IMG/VR virus record: IMGVR_UViG_3300037755_000177
Coordinates: 1 to 53,148 of that record
DNA: 53,148 nucleotides
DNA from: a virus
Taxonomy: Duplodnaviria; Caudoviricetes
Strand: one strand, 5' to 3'
Position numbers and translations under genes: made by a program. This document shows, one piece after another, positions 9,397 through 17,850 of the stretch. The notes under the pieces are model-generated. The model saw only the letters and a list, made by a program, of their open reading frames with translations. It ran no database searches and had not been told where the DNA came from. Within the stretch, counting starts at the first letter, position 1; each line of letters starts with the position of its first letter.

Positions 9397-9627
9397 TTAT
9401 TCTCCAAATGAACGACGGCGGGTTTTGTTGTTCGAGTGCTGCTTACGGGCGTAAGCATGCGCCTCGGCCACGGCATCCTCCGACCAGCAACATTGGATGC
9501 CGCGCCCCTGTCCAGAAATTCCATGAGGGGCGTTCTTAAGAAGCCCGCGATACTTCCACTTGCGAAGCAGATCGACGGGGACATCAATTACCCGCGCTAC
9601 CTCTGCGGTGGTCAGTTCCCGAGTCAT
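9397..9627 (-). CDS. MerR-like HTH DNA-binding protein
   Basis: 'LTTAEVARVIDVPVDLLRKWKYRGLL'. Confidence 0.65.
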   Translation of the reverse strand: MTRELTTAEVARVIDVPVDLLRKWKYRGLLKNAPHGISGQGRGIQCCWSEDAVAEAHAYARKQHSNNKTRRRSFGE

Positions 9628-9641
9628 GGCGGCGTGATCCT

Positions 9642-9869
9642 TCAATGTTTCGGTGGCTCCGGGCACGGCTGCCAGTCCGTCGGATTAACGCAACCATCGT
9701 GCGCGTCGGTCCAGTGTGAGCCGGTTTCGTACCATCCCCACTCGCCTTCCTTTTCGTAAAAGCCCATGCAGACCCATTGATCTGGCAAGCTGCCGAGAAG
9801 CAGATTACGTCCATCCTTCGGCGCAGTTTCGATGGGCTGCCATATTTCTAGGTGGTATTCTTTCTCCAT
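9642..9869 (-). CDS. DUF551-family protein
   Basis: 'WQPIETAPKDG...PTDWQP.PEPP'. Confidence 0.8.
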   Translation of the reverse strand: MEKEYHLEIWQPIETAPKDGRNLLLGSLPDQWVCMGFYEKEGEWGWYETGSHWTDAHDGCVNPTDWQPCPEPPKH

Positions 9870-9895
9870 CTTCCTTCTCCATGCACTGAGTAAGA

Positions 9896-10150
9896 TTATT
9901 GGACTAGCAGCCCAGCGTCTGCTTTGTAGTCTTCCAGATACTCAGCCATATGCGCTCGCATTTCAGCGCATTCCGCGTAGTCATCGCGTTTGACGATCTT
10001 AAATCCGCCCTGCCAAAGAGTGGACATGAGTTCGTGGGAGTCGGCAGCAAGCCATTCAGGGTGTTCGCCCCTTGCATTGAGGAAGCAAGACAGCATGAAC
10101 ATTTCAATGATGCTCCTAGCCTCGACTTCGAGTTTGCCATCGTCGCTCAT
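9896..10150 (-). CDS. Hypothetical protein (cassette-like, between direct repeats)
   Basis: AAGGAG RBS adjacent to the repeat. Confidence 0.55.
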   Translation of the reverse strand: MSDDGKLEVEARSIIEMFMLSCFLNARGEHPEWLAADSHELMSTLWQGGFKIVKRDDYAECAEMRAHMAEYLEDYKADAGLLVQ

Positions 10151-10439
10151 TTAAATCTCCTTGGACTAGCAGCCCATTTATTCTGGCTTCGCGCCTTCAG
10201 TACTTGGGCTAGGTGCCGTGTTCTTTACCCATCCACAATCTGGCGACAGAAAAAACTTCAACGGTAGCGAGAAGCGAGTTGGTCGCTTCCATCGCTTGTG
10301 CCATCGCTCAAGCGTTATCTCCTTGCTTGTGCAACACAAGACGCGGGCGGTTAGCGGGCCTTCGCCATAGTTTGAAACGAAACGATCCTCTTGGCTCCAA
10401 TCAAACTGCACCTTGCTCTCTCCTTGGACTAGCAGCCCA
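9899..10439. repeat. Three direct 16-bp repeats TTGGACTAGCAGCCCA separating single genes
   Basis: Copies at 9899, 10161 and 10424; periods 262 and 263 bp. Confidence 0.9.
10178..10411 (-). CDS. Hypothetical protein (cassette-like, between direct repeats)
   Basis: GTG start in the GAGAGCAAGGTG motif. Confidence 0.5.
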   Translation of the reverse strand: MQFDWSQEDRFVSNYGEGPLTARVLCCTSKEITLERWHKRWKRPTRFSLPLKFFLSPDCGWVKNTAPSPSTEGAKPE

Positions 10440-10450
10440 CTTGGGCGTTG

Positions 10451-10527
10451 TGGTCAGGGCGGTTGGATTCGAACCAACGATTTCCGCATTCCAAGTGCGG
10501 CGGATTACCGGACTTTCCCACACCCTG
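10451..10527 (-). tRNA. tRNA-Pro(UGG) with encoded CCA
   Basis: CAGGGTG/CGCCCTG acceptor, CCGCA-CTTGGAA-TGCGG anticodon arm, GTTGG-TTCGAAT-CCAAC T arm, A73-CCA. Confidence 0.93.
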
Positions 10528-10531
10528 TAAC

Positions 10532-11878
10532 TCAATCCTTGAACGGGTCGAACTCGCCTTCTCCCGCCATTGCGACGGCAAAAGGGCGAAGCGTATGCAG
10601 CACTTTCACCGACCCCACGTGGTGAGCAAGAACTTCCGGCAAGCGGCGATAGGCCATCGGGCTTTCGTCCAAGTCTGCGCCGATCAATGTCACGCCACGC
10701 TCTTGAAGCCAAGCGTCCATCGTCGCGCGGTCAAATCGGCGCTTCGCTTCCTTGCGCCCGAATAATCGCCCCGCTCCGTGGATTGTCGAATATAGCGATG
10801 CCTTCGCCTCTGGGCTATCGACACCTTCGACAATCACCGCGTCGTCGCCCATTGATCCGCCGACGAACCCGCGCTGGCCGGGGAAGGCTGGTGTTGCGCC
10901 CTTGCGCACAACCCACAAATCGCGCCCGCCGTGGTTCTCACGCCATGCGTAGTTGTGATGGTTATGCACCATGTCTGTCACGGCCCCGCCGATGATCTTG
11001 CGCACCCGCTCAATCACCCACTCGCGGCCCGCATAGGAATAGCGCCCGGCCAATTCCATCGCGGCTATATAGCGACGGCCAAGCTCGGAATCCTCGTCGA
11101 TCACGGCGGGTGGCACGTTCATGCCGTCCTTGCCGCCAGCGGCTTTCAGGTAGCGCGTGGCGCTCGTATGCCCAAGCCCGCGCGAACCGAAGTGGACGCC
11201 AATCCAAGTAAAGCCATCCTCGTCGCGCATCAAATCGACGTAGTGATTGCCGGAGCCGACCGTGCCTAATTGGCTGACGGCCTTCTGACGATACTCGCCC
11301 ATATCGGATTCGAGCCAAGCGTCGGCATCGTCAAACAGTTCGTGTTCTACTCGTTCCTCGTTTGTGCGGCCAACGCCAAACGAAATAACCTTCGCAACGT
11401 CCTTGATGATAGGACCGATACGATCCTTGATTGCCTCGAAGGGCGTATCGAGGCGAACGGCCATGTTGCCGCAGCCAATATCAAAGCCGACGCCTGAAAT
11501 GCTGATTTGCTTTTCATAGGCGATCACGCCGCCTACCGGCTGCGCGTAGCCCAAGTGCCCATCAGCGCAGATCACGCCCGCCACGACATTGCCGACGCCC
11601 ATGCAGTTGCGCATTTGGGCAATCGTATTTTCGTCATGGTCCCCGAATATCTTGAGCGGGCTATTCTGAAACTCTGGCTCTTGCGGTTTGATAGCAATGT
11701 CGGCGGCTAACTGCGCCGCCTCTTTCGCAACGTGTTCTTTGCGCGCATCGTCGCGGAACGTGCACCACGCAGGCATCGTGCGATCACTGCCCGGCTTCTC
11801 AATGCGAGCATCGGGATCAAGCCCGGCAGCAATCGCCAGCTCGCGGCAGCGTTCATAATATGGATCAGGCTTTCGCAT
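10532..11878 (-). CDS. rtcB: RtcB-family RNA ligase with an N-terminal extension of about 70 aa
   Basis: DGHLGYAQPVGG, GFDIGCG, QLGTVGSGNHY, HFGSRG, HNHHN, RKGAT, HGAGR, DESPMAYR. Confidence 0.92.
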   Translation of the reverse strand: MRKPDPYYERCRELAIAAGLDPDARIEKPGSDRTMPAWCTFRDDARKEHVAKEAAQLAADIAIKPQEPEFQNSPLKIFGDHDENTIAQMRNCMGVGNVVAGVICADGHLGYAQPVGGVIAYEKQISISGVGFDIGCGNMAVRLDTPFEAIKDRIGPIIKDVAKVISFGVGRTNEERVEHELFDDADAWLESDMGEYRQKAVSQLGTVGSGNHYVDLMRDEDGFTWIGVHFGSRGLGHTSATRYLKAAGGKDGMNVPPAVIDEDSELGRRYIAAMELAGRYSYAGREWVIERVRKIIGGAVTDMVHNHHNYAWRENHGGRDLWVVRKGATPAFPGQRGFVGGSMGDDAVIVEGVDSPEAKASLYSTIHGAGRLFGRKEAKRRFDRATMDAWLQERGVTLIGADLDESPMAYRRLPEVLAHHVGSVKVLHTLRPFAVAMAGEGEFDPFKD

Positions 11879-11950
11879 AGTCTATAATCCTTCTCTCACA
11901 GGGCGGGCAGACGATGGGTGTAGGGTGTCCGAACAAATACGGGACAGAAC

Positions 11951-12135
11951 TGCAAACCGACTTGCAAACCGGCTGAGGGAAAATCGGGCTAAGTACTGGT
12001 CGGAGCGCCGAGATTTGAACTCGGGACCCCTAGTCCCCCAGACAGGGGCGGTTATTGGAATCCCTAGCGAAACTTTGCAAACCATCTGCGTTCGTCCGTA
12101 TTGAATCGTAAAGGGAATTTAGCCTATTGCAAACC
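11951..12135. repeat. Integrase arm-type sites TGCAAACC x4 flanking the attP core
   Basis: Copies at 11951, 11963, 12076 and 12128. Confidence 0.7.
11997..12043 (-). other. attP core: 3' half of host tRNA-Pro(GGG)
   Basis: GTCTGGGGGACTAGGGGTCCCGAGTTCAAATCTCGGCGCTCCGACCA; no 5' half or D arm; just downstream of the integrase. Confidence 0.85.
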
Positions 12136-13147
12136 GTCTTTCGAGCTTTGCGATGGCGTTCTCCGCGAGTATCCGCGTTCGCGAAAGATACTTGTCGAGG
12201 ATCGCGGCGATATTCCTGAGGCTGTGCCCGGTGATAGCGGCGATCTCCTGGGGCGTGCATCCGGCCTCCGAAAGCATGGTGATTGCCGTGCCCCTCAGAT
12301 CGTGGAAATGAAGCCCGCCAAGCCCTGCCTCGTCGCTCGCGGCCTTCCATGCCCGATTGAATCCCCGACGATCCCATGGCTTGCCGGTCGGGCTTAGGAG
12401 GATAAGCGCGGCCTTCCTCGGGGCTTTGTCGAGCGCGTCCTTGAGTGCCTTCGTGCAAGGCACTCGCACGCGGCGCTTGCGTTTGCTCTGGCGCAGCGTA
12501 ATGGCCTCCCCGTCATAGGCGGGCCATGTGAGCGCCCTAAGGTCCCCTTGGCGCTGACCGGTATGCAGGGCGAGCATCAAGGCCATTTGAAGCTCAGGCG
12601 ACGCCACTGCGCAAAACGCCTTGATATGCTCCGGTAGCCAGATCATGTCGCTACGGTCGGAGCTATAGACCCGCTTCCATCCCCTCAGCGGGTTTTCGTC
12701 GATCATCCCCCGTTCCTCGGCCCACGCCAGCACTTTCGCCAGATGGCCTAGCGTATTGTCGGCACCCCTCGGGTGCTTGACGGCCATGCGGTCGCGCCAC
12801 GCGAGAAAATCAGGCCGCACCTTCTTTCGTTCGGCCAATGCTGAAACCGGCAAAGTTCCATATTCAGCATCGATCTTGCGGAACAGATAGGCAGCTATCT
12901 TGCGGCTTTCGGCTTCCAATTTCAGGAAGTCCGGCGATTCCTCATAGGACCGCACAAGGCTTGCCAGCGTGCCGCGCACATAGTCATTCCGTGACGCCTT
13001 GGCGTTGGCGAGCGAGGCGAGAAATTCAGGCGATCCCGGCTGGCCGGTTAATTTGATCCGGGTCGCGCGGTGATAGAAATAGGTTCGGGACGTCCCGTCA
13101 GCGAGGCGTTTGGTCGCCGTGTTGATTCCTGGCAGGCGAACGCGCAC
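12119..13147 (-). CDS. int: Tyrosine integrase
   Basis: 'TGQRQGDL', 'HFHDLRGTA', 'ITGH', 'KY' catalytic set; probable GTG start at 13147. Confidence 0.92.
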   Translation of the reverse strand: MRVRLPGINTATKRLADGTSRTYFYHRATRIKLTGQPGSPEFLASLANAKASRNDYVRGTLASLVRSYEESPDFLKLEAESRKIAAYLFRKIDAEYGTLPVSALAERKKVRPDFLAWRDRMAVKHPRGADNTLGHLAKVLAWAEERGMIDENPLRGWKRVYSSDRSDMIWLPEHIKAFCAVASPELQMALMLALHTGQRQGDLRALTWPAYDGEAITLRQSKRKRRVRVPCTKALKDALDKAPRKAALILLSPTGKPWDRRGFNRAWKAASDEAGLGGLHFHDLRGTAITMLSEAGCTPQEIAAITGHSLRNIAAILDKYLSRTRILAENAIAKLERRFAIG

Positions 13148-13352
13148 GTTTCCACTCGTCAAAGACGGACCCGCCTTCATCGGAGGGCAAGCCGCTAGCG
13201 CGATCAAGGGCAAGGTCGAGCGCCTTTCGGTCCCACCTGTGCGTATTGGGGATAGGACCGGGCAGGATACCTTTTCTGCGCCAAGCATCGAAGCTCTCCA
13301 CTGATATTCCTATATGCTGTGCCGCCTCGTCGCGGGTCATACAGCGGCTCAT
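13098..13352 (-). CDS. xis: Excisionase-like HTH protein
   Basis: 'MTRDEAAQHIGIS...FDAW...LPGP...RWDRKALD', directly upstream of int. Confidence 0.75.
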   Translation of the reverse strand: MSRCMTRDEAAQHIGISVESFDAWRRKGILPGPIPNTHRWDRKALDLALDRASGLPSDEGGSVFDEWKRARSPARNQHGDQTPR

Positions 13353-13424
13353 TCTTTCTGCACCTTGCTCTCCCGTTCAATCACTTGCACTCGGGTTCAC
13401 ATTGTATGAGATAATAGTCCCATA

Positions 13425-14261
13425 TTACTTCCCCTCCACACCTGCCTTTAATGCGAGGGCGGTGTCGATTCGGGCTAGCGCGTCCGTGAACTGAGCGTAG
13501 GCATCGTTAAAATCTTCAATGCCGTCCGGCTGAAATTGCTCAGGGACGATTAGCGATGGGGGCTCTGTTTCAGCCGAGAACAAGGATGAAAATCGTAAGC
13601 CAGCCTTCTGCGCTTCCTCCAAAGCCTCGACCAAAGCGTCTGAGGCTGGCGGGGCGTGACGGGCGATGATGGCGTGAACTGCTGGAGAGGTCGCGACATT
13701 GGCGGCAATTTCGGTTGTCGTCTTGACGCCACGGTCAACCATGTCGTTCAAAACGTCATTTATCGCGCCAGCCAATTCTGTTTTTGCATCTTCGTTCCAG
13801 TCACCCGCTACGGGTGCGGGGGAGGCGGCTAGGACGGCATGACGAACTCGCAGATTTTGGTATTCGTCATAATCGACGATGTAGAAGTACGGCCCATATT
13901 CAGGGACAAGTTCAGGCGACCAAATACGAATATTGGCCGGTAATTTTAGGTCTAGAATCGCAACTGCGGCAGCCGCCGCGTGCATGTAAATTCCGGTCGC
14001 AACTTCGATTGTCTGCTCTGGGCCATCATTAACGCGCAGCATGAACCTTTGCCCCACCACCTCACCTGCGGGAGTGTCGTCGGGTGAATGTTTCATTGAG
14101 CGGGCCAAAATCTTGGCTTCGTCCATTAAGTCGGTAATGCGAATGGCAAGCTCTTTCTTCGGGTCGTCCGCTTGCAGCGCGTCGAAAAGCTGACACAGCC
14201 CCGCGTGGATTAACTCCACCTTCGCCGCCGCCTCTATCCCTAGTTTGAATCGGTCAGTCAT
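13425..14261 (-). CDS. Mosaic hypothetical protein
   Basis: Long ORF with patchwork composition typical of early-region fusion proteins. Confidence 0.55.
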   Translation of the reverse strand: MTDRFKLGIEAAAKVELIHAGLCQLFDALQADDPKKELAIRITDLMDEAKILARSMKHSPDDTPAGEVVGQRFMLRVNDGPEQTIEVATGIYMHAAAAAVAILDLKLPANIRIWSPELVPEYGPYFYIVDYDEYQNLRVRHAVLAASPAPVAGDWNEDAKTELAGAINDVLNDMVDRGVKTTTEIAANVATSPAVHAIIARHAPPASDALVEALEEAQKAGLRFSSLFSAETEPPSLIVPEQFQPDGIEDFNDAYAQFTDALARIDTALALKAGVEGK

Positions 14262-14296
14262 TGGGACTATTCCCTCATCATTTGTGCTGGCGTGAT

Positions 14297-14518
14297 TCAG
14301 TACGGTTCCGCCGTGAAGTGCGCTCGGTCACGACGCACGAAATAGGCTTCGACTTCGACATAGGCCATGTAGTACGGCCAGCCAGCCGCCATCATGTAAC
14401 GCGCAAAACTCCTATCGAGGTCTGACGGCCATGCCGCAAAGTAACCGGCAACATAAATTACTATGAGCGCTTGAGACGCATAATTGTTTGGCCTTTTGGG
14501 TTTTGTCTCCATCACCAT
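14297..14518 (-). CDS. Small membrane protein
   Basis: TM segment; stop codon lies in the TCAGTAC motif. Confidence 0.5.
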   Translation of the reverse strand: MVMETKPKRPNNYASQALIVIYVAGYFAAWPSDLDRSFARYMMAAGWPYYMAYVEVEAYFVRRDRAHFTAEPY

Positions 14519-14937
14519 CTCTCCACTTGTCCGCTAGTTCGTTTTATCTTCGTCCTGAACGCACTCAATGTAAGTTCAGCCGCCTCAATGTCTCCGGTAT
14601 TCGCCCAAAGAGCGGACGCGACTTGCAAAGGATCGATTCCAATTTCATTCCACCATTCACGCTCATTGTTTTCGTGCTGCTCAATGTGAACTTCCCTGTG
14701 CAATGGGACCGTCCATCTATCGTGCGGCTTCTGGCCTATTCCGGTATCGGGTTTTCCGTAGAACGGATCGCCGTACCTGATATGAGCCGGATCGACGCCG
14801 TACTTTCCTGTGATTAAACACGGCAGCTTGCGGACGAATTTCAAATGCGGTTCGCTCTTTTCTCTTGGCCGCTTTTTCGTGCTGGCCGATAGGGAATTGG
14901 AAAAGGCGGTCGCCGGTCGGACAATGCGCTGGGCCAT
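14512..14937 (-). CDS. DUF968/HNH-like recombination-associated nuclease
   Basis: 'HLKFVRKLPC...DPAHIR...KPHD.WTVPL.R..H.EQH'. Confidence 0.7.
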   Translation of the reverse strand: MAQRIVRPATAFSNSLSASTKKRPREKSEPHLKFVRKLPCLITGKYGVDPAHIRYGDPFYGKPDTGIGQKPHDRWTVPLHREVHIEQHENNEREWWNEIGIDPLQVASALWANTGDIEAAELTLSAFRTKIKRTSGQVERW

Positions 14938-15219
14938 CTATTCCGCCTCCGCTTCTTTAATGGCGGCGTCGATTGCAGCGCCCCAACACTTTTGCGCTGG
15001 CGTAACCGGATCGAGCAGACCTGAATGATTGTTGAGGCAGCCGAGAATCGCCTCATCGCCGTTGCAATACATTTCCTCAGTCGGCTCCCGCATAGCCTTC
15101 AATGCCGCGAGGGCAAGCCAGAGCCATGCGTTGCGTTCGGCTTCCGGGGCTTTTCCCCAAGCGCCAACCCATGTCTGCGCTTCACACATCGCTTGTGCCA
15201 TGTGGTCGATCATTTTCAT
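14938..15219 (-). CDS. Hypothetical protein
   Basis: 'AALKAMREPTEEM...AAIDAA' common phage family. Confidence 0.6.
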   Translation of the reverse strand: MKMIDHMAQAMCEAQTWVGAWGKAPEAERNAWLWLALAALKAMREPTEEMYCNGDEAILGCLNNHSGLLDPVTPAQKCWGAAIDAAIKEAEAE

Positions 15220-15725
15220 GACTGGCTCCAAAGCAAATATCTTGCGTGCAATTCATCCCAACGCTTGGCTGCTTCTGTGCCGGGGAGGATTTGGGAGCGC
15301 GAGCTAACGCCACAGTATTCTCGGACAAGTTCAATTGCTTTTTGCTCGGTCACTAAATCGTGGCCGCCCCAACCGTTTATTTCTTGCAAGAACCGCCAGA
15401 ACGCCGGTTCATTGCAAACCATCGCTACCCGTTGCGGTAAGGTGTAGACCTTTAGCTTCGCCCCCGCCGCCGTACTGTTACTGTCTCTCGACGGCGAGGG
15501 CTGGGCGTTATCGAGCCGGGGCGATAGTTTGGGTCGCTCGGTATTGGCATCACCCCCTTTCGGTTGCTCTAGTCGCGCGACTGCTACCCAAGCGCCATGC
15601 TCGGCTATCTCCGCAATGCGTGCGTGCTGTTCTATCGGGGCTTCAATCGTGATTGAAACAACGCCCCGAGTGGGAACGGTACGGAAGCCGTGAACGGTAG
15701 CTTGGAAAGCGGCGGCGTCTGTCAT
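15216..15725 (-). CDS. Hypothetical protein (recombination module)
   Basis: 'C.EPAFWRFL...VREYCGVSSRS.I' conserved phage pattern. Confidence 0.6.
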   Translation of the reverse strand: MTDAAAFQATVHGFRTVPTRGVVSITIEAPIEQHARIAEIAEHGAWVAVARLEQPKGGDANTERPKLSPRLDNAQPSPSRDSNSTAAGAKLKVYTLPQRVAMVCNEPAFWRFLQEINGWGGHDLVTEQKAIELVREYCGVSSRSQILPGTEAAKRWDELHARYLLWSQS

Positions 15726-15734
15726 GGTTGATCC

Positions 15735-16136
15735 TCAGAACGGTATGGAGTCGTCTGGCATTTCGTTGCTCGGCGGCGCGTCGTCGAAGCCAACCGCAGC
15801 CGCTACCGACTGCCGTTGTGGGGCAGCCTGTGCGGGCTTCCTTGCCTTGACGCGAATGGCTTCAACCGTGCTGCCCTGAAAATCCACGAGGTCTGTGTAG
15901 AGCGTGATTTCCTTGCCAATCCAGTTGTCCGTGTTCGTGCCGTAGGCAAAGGCGATGCGGTTTGCATTTGTCTTGTTCGCCACCAATGTTTTCTTCTTTC
16001 CCTGAAAGCCGATAACGAGCTTGTTGCCGTTGTCGAATTTCTTCATTTCAACGGAAGCAATAGTCACGGTCGGTTCGGCACCTTTCAGGTCCGCTGCTTT
16101 CAGTGTGTCGCCGCTGTAAACGTCAGAGATTTCCAT
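15735..16136 (-). CDS. Putative ssDNA-binding protein
   Basis: 'LKAADL...NKTN' family; acidic tail ending DDSIPF. Confidence 0.65.
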   Translation of the reverse strand: MEISDVYSGDTLKAADLKGAEPTVTIASVEMKKFDNGNKLVIGFQGKKKTLVANKTNANRIAFAYGTNTDNWIGKEITLYTDLVDFQGSTVEAIRVKARKPAQAAPQRQSVAAAVGFDDAPPSNEMPDDSIPF

Positions 16137-16157
16137 GTCATTTCCTTTCGGGTTGGG

Positions 16158-16658
16158 TTAGGAAGTGCGTACAGTTAGGGTAGGTGTTGTGTTGCTCAGG
16201 CACGCGCCGGGGACTTCGCCCCCCTCATCGAGCAGCGCAATTCGTATTGCGGTCTTGTCCGGCTCGCGCTTGATCCGCACGAAATTATCGGGCAACAAAG
16301 TCTCGTCGGTGATAACTACAGACTCGCGTCCCGGCGCGAGCGTGGCCGTAAAGTCCGGCGCGGCCAGCTTCTTAATCCCGGTTTCCGACATGACTTGCTT
16401 GACGCTATCGCGCAGCCTGTCGGCTCCGGCTGTCAGGCGTGAAGCGCGGTCGGTTAGTTCCTTGGCGTATTGCTTGCACGCAGAGGCGTCGGCCTCGCGT
16501 CCACGCGCGGCACGGATCATCCAACGCATCGCGTCTTGAAGGCCGTCCATGCCGTCGATTGTATCGAGCAGGGCAGGGTGATCGTCCTGAAGATCAGGAT
16601 ATTCCAACAGAAGCGCCTCGCGCATCCGATAGAATTGCTGGATGAGGGCGGGGTTCAT
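16158..16658 (-). CDS. Gp157-family (Mu Gam-like) protein
   Basis: Coiled coil then 'VVITDE..LP..F...K.EPDK.AI...VPGA.L'. Confidence 0.8.
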   Translation of the reverse strand: MNPALIQQFYRMREALLLEYPDLQDDHPALLDTIDGMDGLQDAMRWMIRAARGREADASACKQYAKELTDRASRLTAGADRLRDSVKQVMSETGIKKLAAPDFTATLAPGRESVVITDETLLPDNFVRIKREPDKTAIRIALLDEGGEVPGACLSNTTPTLTVRTS

Positions 16659-16867
16659 TCTGCTGCTTCCATGTGCGCTTGATCCCTTGCGAACTGCACG
16701 ACTCGGAACAATTCCGAATAGGCAAGTTCAAGATCGGGATATTCCCGCAACAAACATTCCCTTGTGATCGGGTCTTTCATCATTCTTGAGACAGTGCAGA
16801 TCGACTGGAATAGTTCGTGCAGGGCTACTTCGCTTTGTGCCTGGGGATCGTGGTCTAGGGGGTTCAT
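16655..16867 (-). CDS. Hypothetical protein
   Basis: Coupled ORF; RBS lies inside the neighbouring GGACTA element. Confidence 0.5.
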   Translation of the reverse strand: MNPLDHDPQAQSEVALHELFQSICTVSRMMKDPITRECLLREYPDLELAYSELFRVVQFARDQAHMEAAE

Positions 16868-16868
16868 G

Positions 16869-17298
16869 GGACTATAATCTCCTTAGATCGCTCACGCGTC
16901 TTCAGTACGTTGGCGTTGTGCTAGGTGCTTCGTTAGACCAACTAGATTTGTTGGTGTCTTTGTGTGTGGTGTAGATCGCGAAACAGGCATCAAAGCCATC
17001 GTTAACTGCCCCTTCGTATTGTTCGCGCCAGTCGCCGTTGAGAATGTAGAACTTGCCATTCTTAACGAGCGCAGTTTCTGCGCCGCCGTCATCGCCATCG
17101 AACATGCCAATCACGCTGCGGGTACAGGCAACAAAAGAGATATAGAAGCCGTCACCGTCGAGAACTTGATTGCCGCTAGCGTTCATTAAGTTCGGGACAC
17201 TGCGCCACACTTTCTTTTCCATCTTTTCTCTCCATCAAACTTGTTCGGTGTCCGAGTAATTTCTAAAGAGGCTCGGGTTATCTAGGTGCTGCTAGTCC
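16869..17298. mobile_element. Candidate gene cassette bounded by inverted GGACTA sites
   Basis: GGACTAT at 16869, GCTGCTAGTCC ending 17298; holds one gene. Confidence 0.45.
16902..17222 (-). CDS. Hypothetical protein (cassette cargo)
   Basis: GGAGAG RBS; stop in the TCAGTAC motif. Confidence 0.6.
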   Translation of the reverse strand: MEKKVWRSVPNLMNASGNQVLDGDGFYISFVACTRSVIGMFDGDDGGAETALVKNGKFYILNGDWREQYEGAVNDGFDACFAIYTTHKDTNKSSWSNEAPSTTPTY

Positions 17299-17299
17299 A

Positions 17300-17635
17300 T
17301 TATTTCATCGCTTCACGAGCGCGTAGTGACTGGTTCATGTCGCTACTCTTGGAATCAAAAATTGCGCGAAGGATCGCTAGCGGCGCTGTAGGCCCATCGG
17401 CTAGTCCTCCATCGACTTCGGCTTGGCATCCGCCATATTCAAACTCGATTAGCGAGTACCCGGTGCTTTCTTTCAGCGACAGGGCGGCGTCTATGGAGGC
17501 GGTGTAGCGTGGTATCTCTTGGCGCATCCCGTCGCAGAAGTTTTCTGTACCGGGCGAAAGTTCATGACAAAGCAACCGGTCAAGAACCCGATCCGGCCCC
17601 GTCGCCTTTTCCAAACGTGCAATGAGTTCTTTCAT
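17300..17635 (-). CDS. Hypothetical protein (phage ABA-sandwich-like)
   Basis: 'LIARLEKATGPDR.LD...PRYTASIDAALSL'. Confidence 0.6.
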   Translation of the reverse strand: MKELIARLEKATGPDRVLDRLLCHELSPGTENFCDGMRQEIPRYTASIDAALSLKESTGYSLIEFEYGGCQAEVDGGLADGPTAPLAILRAIFDSKSSDMNQSLRAREAMK

Positions 17636-17850
17636 CACCCCGCCCCCACAAGTTCTAGCTGGCCTTCCGGTGTTATTGCCGCATAATCTTTGTGAGCCAT
17701 ATTGTGCGGAGAAAAGAGACGGACGAGGCCCATGCGTTCCAGTTTCCGAAATCGCTTCGGTGCCAAGTCCCAATGAACGCCGGGATACATGCCGCCCGTT
17801 GATGCGGCGAGGCGCAGCCATTTGAGGTCCTTGTCCGTCAGCGCCATCAC
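17635..17850 (-). CDS. Small winged-helix-like protein
   Basis: 'LT......L...KLERMGLV...ITPEG'. Confidence 0.5.
   Translation of the reverse strand: MMALTDKDLKWLRLAASTGGMYPGVHWDLAPKRFRKLERMGLVRLFSPHNMAHKDYAAITPEGQLELVGAG

Noticed and set aside
9899-10439. CRISPR array
   Set aside because: Repeats are only 16-21 bp, the spacers are about 245 bp and contain genes, and no cas genes are present
11997-12075. Third complete tRNA gene
   Set aside because: Only the anticodon loop to CCA is present, with no acceptor 5' strand or D arm; this is attP
13148-13288. Longer integrase N-terminus from the ORF track
   Set aside because: Overlaps xis; the typical N-terminus begins at GTG 13147
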